Assembly (NCBI GenBank): GCA_963803145.1
Contig: CAWDLW010000025.1
Span: 100,655-164,654, forward strand
DNA: 64,000 nt
Direction of reading: 5' to 3'
Origin: Methanotrichaceae archaeon
GTDB taxonomy: Archaea > Halobacteriota > Methanosarcinia > Methanotrichales > Methanotrichaceae
Below the pieces are notes generated by a model. That model worked only from the letters and a program-made list of their open reading frames with translations. It was not told where the DNA came from and searched no databases. A program made the position numbers and the translations under genes. Below are positions 52,284-62,664 of the stretch, in pieces; the stretch's first letter is position 1, and every line of letters begins with the position of its first letter.

Positions 52284-53012
52284 CTAACTGCTCTGCCTGG
52301 AGAACGGCAGAGGCGTCATCAGGGGAGATGCAGTATTTGGTGCTGCATTGGCTCCGCTGAAATCGAAGGATCCCATAAGCTCTCTGGCATCAGCCTCGAA
52401 CTGAGAATAGCTATCCGCTTGAGAATAGAATGTGAGTACAAATGCCTTATAATCCTTTATCGTGTACTCCAGGAGTATCTCGTAGGGTGTGCCCTCATTG
52501 CTAATAGTGTAGAGCATCTCCTTTGCAGGGAGGTTTCCAAGGGAAACATCGCTCTTTGAAAGGAGCTTGAAATCCTTGTAGGAACTTTTTAAGTTGCTTG
52601 TAATGGCGCTTGTGTATTGATCCAGGTTTATGGCCTGGTTGGAGGGCAGAGGTTCTACCTGGACCGTTATGTAGTTCGTGGGATTATCCATATTTCCTCC
52701 CGGAGCCAGGAAGCCCACCACCATGTTCATATTATTGGCTTCAGCTTCTTTGGAGATCCAGCCTTCTGGATATTTAATGCTGAATCCGTAGGTCGAGTTC
52801 TCATAGGTCCCAGGGCTTGACTCGACAGGTACAGTCCCTGAAGTATTTGTAGATTCGCTCTGCGTTATCTCCTGGGAAGCGGTCGATGTAGTACTTCCGC
52901 TAGGCGGTACGGGGCAGGGCTGGGAGGCGGCACATGCTACGAGAAGGCTTAGAATGATCGAGATTAAGATCGTAAGCCTGTATATCCTATTAGTTTCCAT
53001 AATGGTCATCAT
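52284..53012 (-). CDS. Secreted PsbP/DcrB-like protein
   Basis: Signal peptide, S/T linker, YENSTYGFSIKYPEGW. Confidence 0.75.
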   Translation of the reverse strand: MMTIMETNRIYRLTILISIILSLLVACAASQPCPVPPSGSTTSTASQEITQSESTNTSGTVPVESSPGTYENSTYGFSIKYPEGWISKEAEANNMNMVVGFLAPGGNMDNPTNYITVQVEPLPSNQAINLDQYTSAITSNLKSSYKDFKLLSKSDVSLGNLPAKEMLYTISNEGTPYEILLEYTIKDYKAFVLTFYSQADSYSQFEADARELMGSFDFSGANAAPNTASPLMTPLPFSRQSS

Positions 53013-53161
53013 AGTTAATATAGGAAAGTCTTTCTTCTTAAGCGTTCTCTGATTCAGGGTGTCCCTCTAATTGGCGATGGGACCCAAAGTTTGAAAAGCA
53101 GATGGAAGAGCTGGCAGAAAAAGCAGAAACCACGTGAATATGCAGCCTCCGATCGCACCCT

Positions 53162-53785
53162 TTAGTCATTATCCTCAATTGCCTGGACTACCCCTCCCCA
53201 ATCTATCGTGTTTTTCACTATTGCAAACCCATGTCCTTCTTCGCCGATCTTTTTCAGAGCTACAGCAGCACTTAAATGTACATTGCAATCTTTATCATTT
53301 GAGAGCACCTGGAGCAACGGCGTTCTAGCTTTTGAGTCTCCAATCTCTCCAAGAGCATCAGCAGCTCCCTCTCGAATTGAGCTATTTCCGTTTTGGAGTG
53401 CCTGAATCAATGGATCTATTGCAGTTTTTCCAATTGCTGTGAGAGCTTCTGTAGCTGCTGCATGAACATTACTATCATTGTCCCCTAGCGCCTGAATCAA
53501 AGGATTGATAGCTTTGGGATCGTCTCTTTTTCCAAGTGCCCATGCAGCTTCTATTTTGACGTTGTAGTCTTTGTCTGCCAAAGCCTGGATCAATGAGTCA
53601 GTAACTCTGGAATCATTGCTACTTGTGAGAGCCTGTATAGCGCTTATTCTGACTTTGCTGGTGTCGCTATGTTTGAGCTGCTGAATATAATTATCGATGG
53701 TGGTATCCTTTGTATGATCCTGCGCCAGAGCAGGTGCAATAAGTAGTGTTATCAGAATAAAGCTAAATATAGGATTGCGAATCAT
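53162..53785 (-). CDS. Secreted HEAT/PBS-lyase repeat protein
   Basis: Signal peptide; repeated PLIQAL.D....V...AA.AL. Confidence 0.85.
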   Translation of the reverse strand: MIRNPIFSFILITLLIAPALAQDHTKDTTIDNYIQQLKHSDTSKVRISAIQALTSSNDSRVTDSLIQALADKDYNVKIEAAWALGKRDDPKAINPLIQALGDNDSNVHAAATEALTAIGKTAIDPLIQALQNGNSSIREGAADALGEIGDSKARTPLLQVLSNDKDCNVHLSAAVALKKIGEEGHGFAIVKNTIDWGGVVQAIEDND

Positions 53786-54171
53786 TTTGCCTCCATTAAT
53801 CTTGAGATAAACAGGAAATATCAAATATTACCGTCTCCTAATGTCTTCTCAAGAATTAAACAGCGATTGTTGCTCTCCAATACATCAGGTGCTATCAATC
53901 TTAACTCATGTAGAATCTCCCTAAGCTCAGAGCTTGAATCTGCCATGGTCATATTCATCACCAGTTTCTCTTTATGGGATATGCCGTTTACAGTATAAAT
54001 TAATCATAGAAGAAAATGATCTAATACTACTTCAGTATTTTTCATAAGTAGCTGTCAATGTATTTACTGTTCATAGAAGCTTGACTATTCAGCCCTTAGG
54101 AATTAGGTATATGCTAAATGCAATTTTAATTTGTTTTCAGATCATCAATTTGGCCTATACATATTATTATA

Positions 54172-55253
54172 GGACTTACGCATTTGCCGGAACTTTCTTA
54201 TAATATGGAGTTTATATTAAATGAGAAATGAGCTGGAGAAAGAGGCATTGAATCCGGCTAAATGCGATGATCTAGATTACATTCACTTTCTAATTGCATC
54301 GATGGATGTTTTTTCCTGCACCGAAGCAGCTAGATGTCAGTTACCACGGGAAAATAATCCATCACATGATGCATTTACCCGTCTATTACAAAGACAGCCT
54401 CCTGATACGGAAGCGTTATGGGATGAGGTTAAGAAATTCATCGGCACCCAAGACTGTTTCTTAATTCTTGACGATACAACATTGGACAAACCCTATGCCA
54501 AAAAGATGGATTTAGTCTATCCCCTTTGGAGCGGAAAGCATCATAAAGTAGTAGAAGGAATCAATATTACTACATTGCTTTGGACGGATGGGACTCCAAT
54601 AATTCCAGTTGATTTTCGAGTCTATGATAAAGATACTGATGGCAAATCAAAGAACAATCATTTTCGCGATATGTTGAGTAAAGCAAACGAACGTGGATTC
54701 AAGCCTGATTTTGTTCTTTTTGATAGCTGGTACTCTGGAATAGATAATCTCAAAGCATTAAGGAAATTCGGTTGGCATTGGTTTACTAGGTTGAAGAAAA
54801 ATAGATTAGTAAATCCTGATGATACTAAGAATATACCAATTGAGGAAATAGAGATCCCACCACAAGGCAGAATTGTGCATTTGAAGGCTTACGGTTTTAT
54901 AAAAGTATTCAAGATTGTCTCCGATGATGGTGACATCGAATACTGGGCGACTGATTCATTGAAAATGAAAGAAACGAGGCGAAAAGTATTAAGTAAGCAT
55001 TCTTGGAAAATCGAAGAATATCACAGAGGGATTAAACAATTCTGCGGAGTTGAGCGCTGTCAAGCAAGAAAAAGTCAGTCTCAGAGAGCACATATCTCTT
55101 TCTCTATTAGAGCATTTCTCAGATTGGAGCTAAATCGACTTATCAAGGGCATAAGTTGGTTTGAAAGTAAGCGTAGAATTATTAGAAACGCTATTAGCAC
55201 ATACAGAGAATATCCCGATTTCTTATGGTTTATGGGCTCAACTGCGTAAGTCC
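54172..55253 (+). mobile_element. IS701-family insertion sequence
   Basis: GGACTTACGCA/TGCGTAAGTCC TIRs flanked by TATA on both sides. Confidence 0.88.
54221..55249 (+). CDS. IS701-family transposase
   Basis: SHDAFTRLL, LDDTTLDK, FDSWY, WKIEEYHR..KQ motifs. Confidence 0.92.
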   Translation: MRNELEKEALNPAKCDDLDYIHFLIASMDVFSCTEAARCQLPRENNPSHDAFTRLLQRQPPDTEALWDEVKKFIGTQDCFLILDDTTLDKPYAKKMDLVYPLWSGKHHKVVEGINITTLLWTDGTPIIPVDFRVYDKDTDGKSKNNHFRDMLSKANERGFKPDFVLFDSWYSGIDNLKALRKFGWHWFTRLKKNRLVNPDDTKNIPIEEIEIPPQGRIVHLKAYGFIKVFKIVSDDGDIEYWATDSLKMKETRRKVLSKHSWKIEEYHRGIKQFCGVERCQARKSQSQRAHISFSIRAFLRLELNRLIKGISWFESKRRIIRNAISTYREYPDFLWFMGSTA

Positions 55254-55300
55254 TATATTTATCAGGCATGAGAACATAAATCGGTTTTTATGGTGGAATA

Positions 55301-55998
55301 ATGAACAAGTCTACAATCTTCGCTATTATTGGTCTATCCATCCTTGCGTTAGCTATGGTGGCCGTATTGGGATTCAATGGATATTCAGAGCAAGACTCAT
55401 CGAAAATGATAAAGCTGCCAAAGCCCGATACAAATGGCAGCATATCAGTAGAAAATGCCCTGTATGAGAGGAGATCAATCCGCAGCTTTGGGAAAGATGG
55501 CCTTACCTTAAATGAGGTCTCCCAGCTTCTCTGGGCTGCTCAGGGAGTAACAGATAACAAGGGCCATCGCACTGCACCGTCTGCAATGGCAAAATATCCT
55601 TTAGAGGTTTATCTCTTAGCCGGTAACGTGTCCGGCTTGCCCCAGGGGGTATATCACTACATACCCCAGAACCATAGTCTAACCGTTGTTAAACAGGGAA
55701 AGATCGAGGAATATTATAATGCTTCTGCAGGCTTCGAGGGCTGGATAAAAACAGCGCCTGCCATTTTCATTATCACTGGAGAAATGAATCGCACTAATAC
55801 AATTCCGGGTCAGGATTTGAGCCGATGGGTCTATATCGAAGCAGGAGCGTCGGCTGAAAACCTGCTTCTTGAGGTTGTATCTTTAGACCTAGCATCTCCT
55901 ACACAGCAGGATTTAACGCAAATAAAACTACAGAACTCCTAGGGCTATCTCCGAGTGAAGTGCCTATAGGAGTTTTGCCCGTAGGGAGAAAGGCATAA
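55301..55998 (+). CDS. SagB-type nitroreductase family protein, frameshift near 55897
   Basis: RRSIR, RTAPSA.A.YP, EAG...EN; alternate frame YTAGF...LLGL...P....PVG ends at TAA 55996-55998. Confidence 0.85.
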
Positions 55999-56029
55999 AC
56001 CCTGGCCTTTCTTATTTCATTAAATATGA

Positions 56030-56599
56030 CTAAAACGAAGTTAATGCTGCATCTAAATAAAGATTGTAAATAATAATAGAGGCAACTGAGAGCGGAATCG
56101 CAGACTTCTTGATCCAGATGGGTATGCCATGAACATTCGTGGTTAGCTTATAGCCTCTTCGTCTCAGAACAGCCCTGACAGAATCGCGATCAACTCCGAT
56201 TCTATTGGCGATACGTCCTATTTCCGATTTGTCGTAAAATTGCATCTGCCTTGCTTCATACTTCGAGACATACTCCTCAAGAGATGCAATCTTTTTTGTA
56301 AAATTCACACGTTCGCCCTCGCGGCTCTTCCAGATCTTTCGGCCATGGCCGTTATTGATCAATTGATAGCCAAGCCTTTTCAACTCTGAGCGTATGCGCT
56401 CGGGAGATAGGCTGAAATGATCTGCTATGCATTGGATCTCTCGATGATCATAGATTTGAGATCTAAATTGGCTGCTGTTTGAGAGGTAAATTTCAAGATC
56501 TACTGTAGCCCTTTCGGTATATTGGGTTTCCGATGTCCCACTATGTAAGCTAAATCTTTGGCTGCTATTCATGCTCTCCCCATGTGTATGATACTTCAA
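56030..56599 (-). CDS. Hypothetical protein with two tandem HTH-like modules
   Basis: YD..EI..IA......R..L...GY.L..N.HG..IW occurs twice. Confidence 0.6.
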   Translation of the reverse strand: MKYHTHGESMNSSQRFSLHSGTSETQYTERATVDLEIYLSNSSQFRSQIYDHREIQCIADHFSLSPERIRSELKRLGYQLINNGHGRKIWKSREGERVNFTKKIASLEEYVSKYEARQMQFYDKSEIGRIANRIGVDRDSVRAVLRRRGYKLTTNVHGIPIWIKKSAIPLSVASIIIYNLYLDAALTSF

Positions 56600-56827
56600 T
56601 GGTTATTATGGGTGACGAGGGTATAGAAAGCCAACGTTATAATGGCCCTCTGTATTCAGCAGATGCTGTGAACAAGCCACCGAATGTTGTCAACCTGTGA
56701 CACCAGGTTTGGTTTACAATGGAATTAGAGGTATAAAAGATTTGGCGTCATGTAAAAGGTTAAGAAGAGTGCCACCGGACATAAATAGATACAACAATTC
56801 AAAATGTGAGAGGATATAAATGCATGG

Positions 56828-57505
56828 ATGAGAGTGTCACAGACCATGCATTTCCCCAATTACGATGAAGAGATCCGCCAGATCCTACCTTATTACGATT
56901 CATTTCACCAGGAGACCATCAACCTAGTTAAGGCAGCGCAATCGAATCCTAAGGTCTGGCTGGATACAGGCTGCGGCACAGGTACTTTTGTGGAAAGAGC
57001 CTTGGAGTATTTCCAAAATACTGAGTTCATTCTTGCTGATCCATCTGTTGATATGCTGAAAGAGACAAAGAAGAAGTTATCCGGAAAGGATAGGGTAAAG
57101 TTCTTGGTGCCCATTTCCACTCAAGACCTATCTACAGGGGATATCGGAAGCTTTGATGTAATTACAGCCATCCAATCGCACCATTATCTGACAAAAGAGG
57201 ACAGGATCAAGGCCACCAAAGTATGTTATGATCTATTGAATGAGAGCGGCATGTATGTGACCTTTGAGAATATCAGGCCGTTCACAGAAATAGGGACTAA
57301 GATAGGCAAAAGGAATTGGGAGACCTTTCAGCTTTCTAAGGGTAGAGATTTGGAGACGGTCGAAAACCATCTCAAGCGATTTGATACGATGTTCTTTCCC
57401 CTAACAGTTGAACAGCACATTTCCATTCTAAGAGGGGCGGGATTCAAAACGGTTGAACTGCTCTGGTTCTCTTACTTGCAGGCAGGATTCTATTGCGTTA
57501 AGTAG
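56828..57505 (+). CDS. Class I SAM methyltransferase (CmoA-like)
   Basis: YD..IR...P.Y, WLDTGCGTG, FDVITAI..HHY motifs. Confidence 0.85.
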   Translation: MRVSQTMHFPNYDEEIRQILPYYDSFHQETINLVKAAQSNPKVWLDTGCGTGTFVERALEYFQNTEFILADPSVDMLKETKKKLSGKDRVKFLVPISTQDLSTGDIGSFDVITAIQSHHYLTKEDRIKATKVCYDLLNESGMYVTFENIRPFTEIGTKIGKRNWETFQLSKGRDLETVENHLKRFDTMFFPLTVEQHISILRGAGFKTVELLWFSYLQAGFYCVK

Positions 57506-57720
57506 AAAATTGCCGACTGCAAACATCTTCTAATTTACCAAATTAAAAGCAAATTCATGAAATATTTCACATTAAAGGGAACTTATAGCTTCCTATAAGA
57601 AAGATAGAAAGGGAGGTCGATAAAATCCCTTTATTCTGGACTGCCCTTGAATCTGCACTAGGGAGTTGGACTGCTCTCCTATTCTACTTGTCAAATTGGC
57701 ATTGAGCTATCAATGAGCGG

Positions 57721-58335
57721 CTAAGCTTCGGAGATAGTGGTATTTTCTGTGTACTCAGATTCACCTGAACTTGTCACCGTCGAGGACACCGCTATAGTAA
57801 TAACCTTTGTTGAGGTAGCGCTACCATCTCCACTGCAGCCTGTATCTATTGTGCTACCATCTCCACTGCAGCCTGTATCTATTGTACTACCATCTCCACT
57901 GCTGCCTGTATCTATTGTGCTACCATCTCCACTGCTGCCTGTATCTATTGTGCTACCATCTCCACTGCTGCCTGTATCTATTGTGCTGCCATCGCCACTG
58001 CTACCTGTATCTATTGTGCTGCCATCGCCACTGCTGCCTGTATCTATTGTACTACCGGATCCATCATCAATTGTACCGATGCTATCGCCGGGATTGGTAG
58101 GTCCGGTAGGATTATTGTTAGTAGGAATTAATATGCTGTTGGCTGAGTAGATATCGAGGTTCTCAAACCCTGGGATTGTTATATCGAAGGGTGCTACAGG
58201 ATAATCAATCGCAGGAAACTTATATGAGATCTGATTGCCGATGCTTATCGTAGTTGATATATCGGTTACAGCAGATACGCTGTTTAGCAATAAAAGTATG
58301 CTAAGAGCAAGTAGCATTAATATCATTGATTTCAT
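57721..58335 (-). CDS. Secreted Ser/Gly/Asp/Thr-repeat protein
   Basis: GGAGGAG RBS, signal peptide, 7 x GSTIDTG(S/C)SGD. Confidence 0.75.
   Translation of the reverse strand: MKSMILMLLALSILLLLNSVSAVTDISTTISIGNQISYKFPAIDYPVAPFDITIPGFENLDIYSANSILIPTNNNPTGPTNPGDSIGTIDDGSGSTIDTGSSGDGSTIDTGSSGDGSTIDTGSSGDGSTIDTGSSGDGSTIDTGSSGDGSTIDTGCSGDGSTIDTGCSGDGSATSTKVITIAVSSTVTSSGESEYTENTTISEA
57819..58056 (-). repeat. 33-bp coding tandem repeat, 7 copies
   Basis: CCTGTATCTATTGT recurs every 33 nt. Confidence 0.93.
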
Positions 58336-58590
58336 TATTCTCCTCCCATGATATACTCTACGATAATATTGAGATAGTTGACGATATAAGGATAATAGAA
58401 ATTATATTACGTATCTTATTTATGATAGTATGATAGCCAAGTTGCATATAGCTGCCAAGAGGCTGAGTGGCATCTCTCTTGAAGTACATGCAAAAAGGGA
58501 GAAACCGGAATATAGGAGTTAGGCATTATCCGTAAGAATAGCAATGAGGTACTAGAAGTATAAAGTGCCTATCGATGATGGTGATATGGA

Positions 58591-58815
58591 ATGACTGCAG
58601 TTTGGAATGGAAAGGCGCCTGATAGATGTGCGGAGTGCAACCGGAAGATCGACAAAGTATTCTATGATGCAAAGATCGCTGCCTGCGAGGGGTTCAGGCA
58701 AATGCAGGTCTGCGAGCCGTGCTTCGAGCGCAGCAAAATGCTTGGGCGGGGGCTGGGCGATAGGTATGAGCGCGATAGCACAGGAAAATATATCATGACT
58801 CAAACGCCCAAGTAA
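58591..58815 (+). CDS. Small zinc-finger-like protein
   Basis: GGTGA RBS; CAEC...FYDAK...CEPC......GLG..Y. Confidence 0.6.
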   Translation: MTAVWNGKAPDRCAECNRKIDKVFYDAKIAACEGFRQMQVCEPCFERSKMLGRGLGDRYERDSTGKYIMTQTPK

Positions 58816-58865
58816 ACCCTTTTGGAAAGCAGCATCAGGGATTATCCAGATGGCGTTAAGGAAGA

Positions 58866-58910
58866 GATTGTACTGATTGTACTGATTGTATTGATTGTAT
58901 TGATTGCATT
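58866..58910. repeat. 9-bp tandem repeat, 5 copies
   Basis: GATTGTACT x2, GATTGTATT x2, GATTGCATT. Confidence 0.9.
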
Positions 58911-58918
58911 AATTCCAG

Positions 58919-59338
58919 TTAACTTTGTCTGAACCTTCTGGGATATCTCTGGCTCAGCACTCCATTCAAGATCACAAACTCACCTACAAAGAGCGACTCA
59001 GAGATCTTAGTTGTCTGCTTTTTGTCTTCCATTGGAAGAACCACCTCACCGTTAGATGATTTCGATAATGCGTCGAGAGATCTTTTATCTAGAGCTACAA
59101 CTTCGAAGGGTCTCCTCATAAATAGCGGCCAGGAATTATCTTCATCTAGCTTGGATATCAATACCTTATCTGTAAAAGGCACAAGATCTGTGTTATCTGC
59201 CAGAGCATCTCTGTTCAGACCAACTTGGCCTGGCTCCAGATCATAAGATCTGCCGCCGATTGGTGCGACATACCAGTGCCTAACGGTCTCAACAGGGTAG
59301 GGATATCGACCTCTTATACACTCCATATTGCTCGCCAT
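58919..59338 (-). CDS. Hypothetical protein
   Basis: 139-aa ORF with AT-rich TATA-like upstream. Confidence 0.55.
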   Translation of the reverse strand: MASNMECIRGRYPYPVETVRHWYVAPIGGRSYDLEPGQVGLNRDALADNTDLVPFTDKVLISKLDEDNSWPLFMRRPFEVVALDKRSLDALSKSSNGEVVLPMEDKKQTTKISESLFVGEFVILNGVLSQRYPRRFRQS

Positions 59339-59533
59339 ACATTATAAGCTTAATTATTATACCATCAATTATTTCTACGCTTTATAGATGTTAACTGGTT
59401 AGGAGAGATGAACTAACATAACGCTAATCTGACTTGACAAATAGGCAGCCATTCAGATTAAGCCGAATCATATTCCTATAATATATTTATATTTTGGGCA
59501 ACAACTTATAGATGGAGTTAAGAGAAGGTCAGT

Positions 59534-59779
59534 ATGATAAAAGTTGAAGATAAATCCTTGGATTTTTCGCTGAAGGATCAAAACGGAAATGCGTTCAATC
59601 TATCTGAGCAGACAGGAAAGTACGTACTGCTCTCTTTTCATCCTCTAGCCTGGACATCGGTCTGTTCTGGCCAGATGAGGTCGCTTGAGGAGAACAAGAA
59701 GACTCTTGATTCGCTGAATGCGGTAGCTGTTGGAATCAGCATTGATTCAGTGCCCTGCAAAAAGGCATGGGCAGAATGA
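59534..59779 (+). pseudogene. C-terminally truncated peroxiredoxin (AhpC/TSA)
   Basis: DFSLKDQNG, FHPLAWTSVC, GISIDS; stops at 81 aa. Confidence 0.75.
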
Positions 59780-59811
59780 AATAATAGATACGATAAAGAA
59801 ACTGTGAAATA

Positions 59812-60648
59812 GTGATTCATTCTAAAGCTCGTCTACAGCCGGGACCTTCTTCCCGACAGGATAGAGATAGGATGCAGAAAGATATCATCCAAAGGGTAGC
59901 CGATGGCATAGATATCAATGGAACAAAAGCCTATGCTAAAAGTATAAGATCATGCAGCCTTAGAGGCGCTCACAGCCTTGAGATCTACCTTAAAGATGGC
60001 ACTGCTGAGGTAGGCGTTTTTTGCGTGGCAATCTTTCCTGGAAGGGAGCCCTATTACAGGCCTTGGATTGATATATTCTGTGTAAAAGATCGCTTAAATT
60101 TGAGGTCGCCCGGCGGAGACTATCACGACTATTATGATTATTATGACTCAGATATCGAGGATGCCCTTCTCGAAGCTTTCTGTAGCGCTTTAGGCCCAGG
60201 CGAGAAGATCTTCATCGAATACTATTACGATCACGAGACTTCGTATGGACTTGCGATGGGGATTCCGCCCGTCCTAAGTCGCCAGGGCCACAAGCTCTTC
60301 AATCTAGGTTTCACATGGTTCAAGGATTGGTACTTCTCAGAGGGCGGTCACGAGGGCGGACAGAAGCTTCAGGGTGAGAAGCCGCTGGACAAGTCCGCGA
60401 AAATGAGGCATCTGAGACGAATAAGGAACGAAATCCAATCATTCGTTGAGAACACCAGAGACGAAAACACTGAGGATGATAGCCTGATGGATGATGGCAG
60501 CACAAAAAGGGATGGACGAAAATACATCCTTAGGGCAAGGGAAAGGGCAAAAGAGATCTTAGCCAGGATCGATGCTGAGCTTAATGAAAGCTATGACACG
60601 GCCGTTCCTGGAAAAGCTACCCTTGTTTATCAAGGATGCCCCCCATAA
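59812..60648 (+). CDS. DUF1122-like protein
   Basis: GR.PYY.PW, IFIEY..D.ET, GFTWFKDWYF.EGG.EGGQKLQGEKP motifs. Confidence 0.8.
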   Translation: MIHSKARLQPGPSSRQDRDRMQKDIIQRVADGIDINGTKAYAKSIRSCSLRGAHSLEIYLKDGTAEVGVFCVAIFPGREPYYRPWIDIFCVKDRLNLRSPGGDYHDYYDYYDSDIEDALLEAFCSALGPGEKIFIEYYYDHETSYGLAMGIPPVLSRQGHKLFNLGFTWFKDWYFSEGGHEGGQKLQGEKPLDKSAKMRHLRRIRNEIQSFVENTRDENTEDDSLMDDGSTKRDGRKYILRARERAKEILARIDAELNESYDTAVPGKATLVYQGCPP

Positions 60649-61528
60649 TCTCAGCTGCCTTCTGGCTCTTTTGATCTATTGGCTCGATATCTATTTTTTC
60701 AGCAGACGCTACGCCAACGCCTAACGATGCTGCGCGGGCGATTTGCTCCTGGTCGAAGATTCGCCCCCTGGATACTTCAGGCGTTGTGCCGTAATAGCGC
60801 AGTAATGCCACTCCCACAGCATCAAGTGCAACCCTATCAATGCTCGCCAAAAGCAGCCCCGGCTCGACCAGCGTTCCTCTTTCAGGTCCGCCGCTGGAGA
60901 AACCTAAAGAAGCATCCATGAGGACCACATCGGTTTTGTAGAACTTATTGATCTCTGCGATCATTAACCTCTGATCGGGAGAGGTGTGCAGTTCCCTCAT
61001 GTAATCGTAATGGGTTCCGGGAGGCCTTGCAGCCACAATGCCGACTGAGTTTTTTAGAGACATAGTGAAATGCCCGCCAAACCTATGCGTTTTAAGGCAG
61101 CAGGTTTGAACGACCTTATCAGCTTCCCTGAAGACTCTGGCGATCTTGAAGCCGCGCTGCCAGTGAAGATCCTCCGCCGGTATATCCACCCAGCCATCAA
61201 GATTCAGGGCATCAAGGTCTATCAGACCGAATCCCAAGCTTTGAGAGAGATCTACGACACCCCGGTTTCCGAGAACCCGCGGGGTATAGCCCATTCCGCT
61301 TCTCTCGGCCATGATGACCTGAGCCGATGTTTCAGCCTTCAGAAGCTCTACTATTGTCCTTAGAGTTTCAATATGTGTTGATGCCGGAAAGGGATCATCG
61401 CTGTTGTAGTTTGCCTTCAAAGCCACGACTCCCTCTGTCCTCAGATCGAACTCCTCAAAAAGCCTCTTGATTCCCTGGGATCTATCAGATGTATCTGCCA
61501 AAAAAACCTTTGATCTACCCTGCTCCAT
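60617..61528 (-). CDS. DUF362 family protein
   Basis: LKANYNS, LKTH..GG.FT.SLKN..G, DRVALD motifs. Confidence 0.85.
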   Translation of the reverse strand: MEQGRSKVFLADTSDRSQGIKRLFEEFDLRTEGVVALKANYNSDDPFPASTHIETLRTIVELLKAETSAQVIMAERSGMGYTPRVLGNRGVVDLSQSLGFGLIDLDALNLDGWVDIPAEDLHWQRGFKIARVFREADKVVQTCCLKTHRFGGHFTMSLKNSVGIVAARPPGTHYDYMRELHTSPDQRLMIAEINKFYKTDVVLMDASLGFSSGGPERGTLVEPGLLLASIDRVALDAVGVALLRYYGTTPEVSRGRIFDQEQIARAASLGVGVASAEKIDIEPIDQKSQKAAEIMGGILDKQG

Positions 61529-61571
61529 AGTAATAATAGTATCTACATGCTATAAAAATTGTATCAGATTA

Positions 61572-62042
61572 TCAGAGCTTATTCTCCAAAGACAGAAGAT
61601 GGAGCCCTGTTTTTTCATCGAAAACCCTCTCGGCGCTCAGGCCTGAGAACTCGAATAAGACAACTTCGACTATCAGGTAGGCCAATGCTCGCTCTCTAAC
61701 ACAGCCTGTTAATGCTTCGCACCCCCTTCCCAGAGATGAATGAATATGAATCCTCGATCCGCCTGAGGAAGGATAGATGGTAGCCATGCCGAAAACCTCC
61801 CATGCGCTATTGAAGCTCTCGAAGTGTGGTATGGGAGGTATCACAGGGGCTTCAGGGCCGGTCACCATACGGCCGTCACGCAGAGCTCCAATGAAAAGCG
61901 CCATACATGACGCGATTTTCTTCTCTTCAGCAAATCTTTGAACTGATGCTATCAAATCCTCGTCGTTATCCAACCTGAGCACGAAGACTCTGCCTAGATT
62001 GCCCTCAGAGTATTGCATAAACCATTCCAATCCATCATGCAT
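61572..62042 (-). CDS. PPC/DUF296 domain protein
   Basis: RLD..EDL, IGAL, HIH..LG motifs. Confidence 0.82.
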   Translation of the reverse strand: MHDGLEWFMQYSEGNLGRVFVLRLDNDEDLIASVQRFAEEKKIASCMALFIGALRDGRMVTGPEAPVIPPIPHFESFNSAWEVFGMATIYPSSGGSRIHIHSSLGRGCEALTGCVRERALAYLIVEVVLFEFSGLSAERVFDEKTGLHLLSLENKL

Positions 62043-62065
62043 AAATTGTATCTATATAATTCGGT

Positions 62066-62300
62066 CATGAGCATAAGATTCCAGATCCTTGTTGCCATCG
62101 ATGAACTTCAAATTGAACTTAAACTTATCGATCTTCCATCCCTGTAGTTTCCTACCTGGTGATGCACCGCCTTTAGTTTCCCAAGTCCAGTATCCCATCC
62201 ATCGACAATCTGCTGTGGCGTGAGCAACGCCTGCTCGCCTCCAGACAAGGATGTCATATCAAACAATACATCCTCGGCAAAGGTGTCCTTGACCTTTGGC
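62066..62300 (-). pseudogene. Internally deleted SnoaL/NTF2-like gene remnant
   Basis: FAEDVLFDMTSLSGG...IVDGW..GL....AVHHQVGNY then, in another frame, WKIDKFKFNLKFIDGN. Confidence 0.55.
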
Positions 62301-62657
62301 CCTCTGGAGCAGTTTCTCCAGTACGCATCTTCTCCATCTGCTGGTTATGGGTTTTCCGCACCTGCCCTCCAGAAGATAAACCTGGCCCGGCCGTGTCTTT
62401 AGATAATCCCTTAACTCCTGAATCATTCTGGGCGAAAGGACGATGCTTTTGCCGCAGGCTTTAAGCATCCCTTCTCCAAGATCAATATCTGAGACTTTAA
62501 TGCCGATCAGACCCTCAATCATCAGGCCTGTTTCTAAGAGCAGCAATATTGCCACCCTATCGAGACCTGATGCCGAATCAAGCAGCCTCTTACATTCCTG
62601 ATGTGTAAGACACTCTGAATTGCACACGATTGATCGATCCAACTTAAGGATTATCAA
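62259..62657 (-). pseudogene. Truncated tyrosine-recombinase-like fragment
   Basis: LT..E...LL....DR....LLLETGL.I..L..IK..DIDL; catalytic Arg replaced by Met; no HxxR or Tyr box. Confidence 0.6.
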
Positions 62658-62664
62658 CTATGCG

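Noticed and set aside
57819-58056. 33-bp repeats as a CRISPR array
   Set aside because: No unique spacers, in-frame coding repeat, no cas genes
57737-58150. Plus-strand repetitive ORFs (VLPSPLLPVSI; CYHLHC)
   Set aside because: Antisense shadows of the 33-bp repeat gene
62259-62657. Integrase marking a provirus boundary
   Set aside because: Catalytic residues are missing; no att repeat, tRNA or viral genes seen
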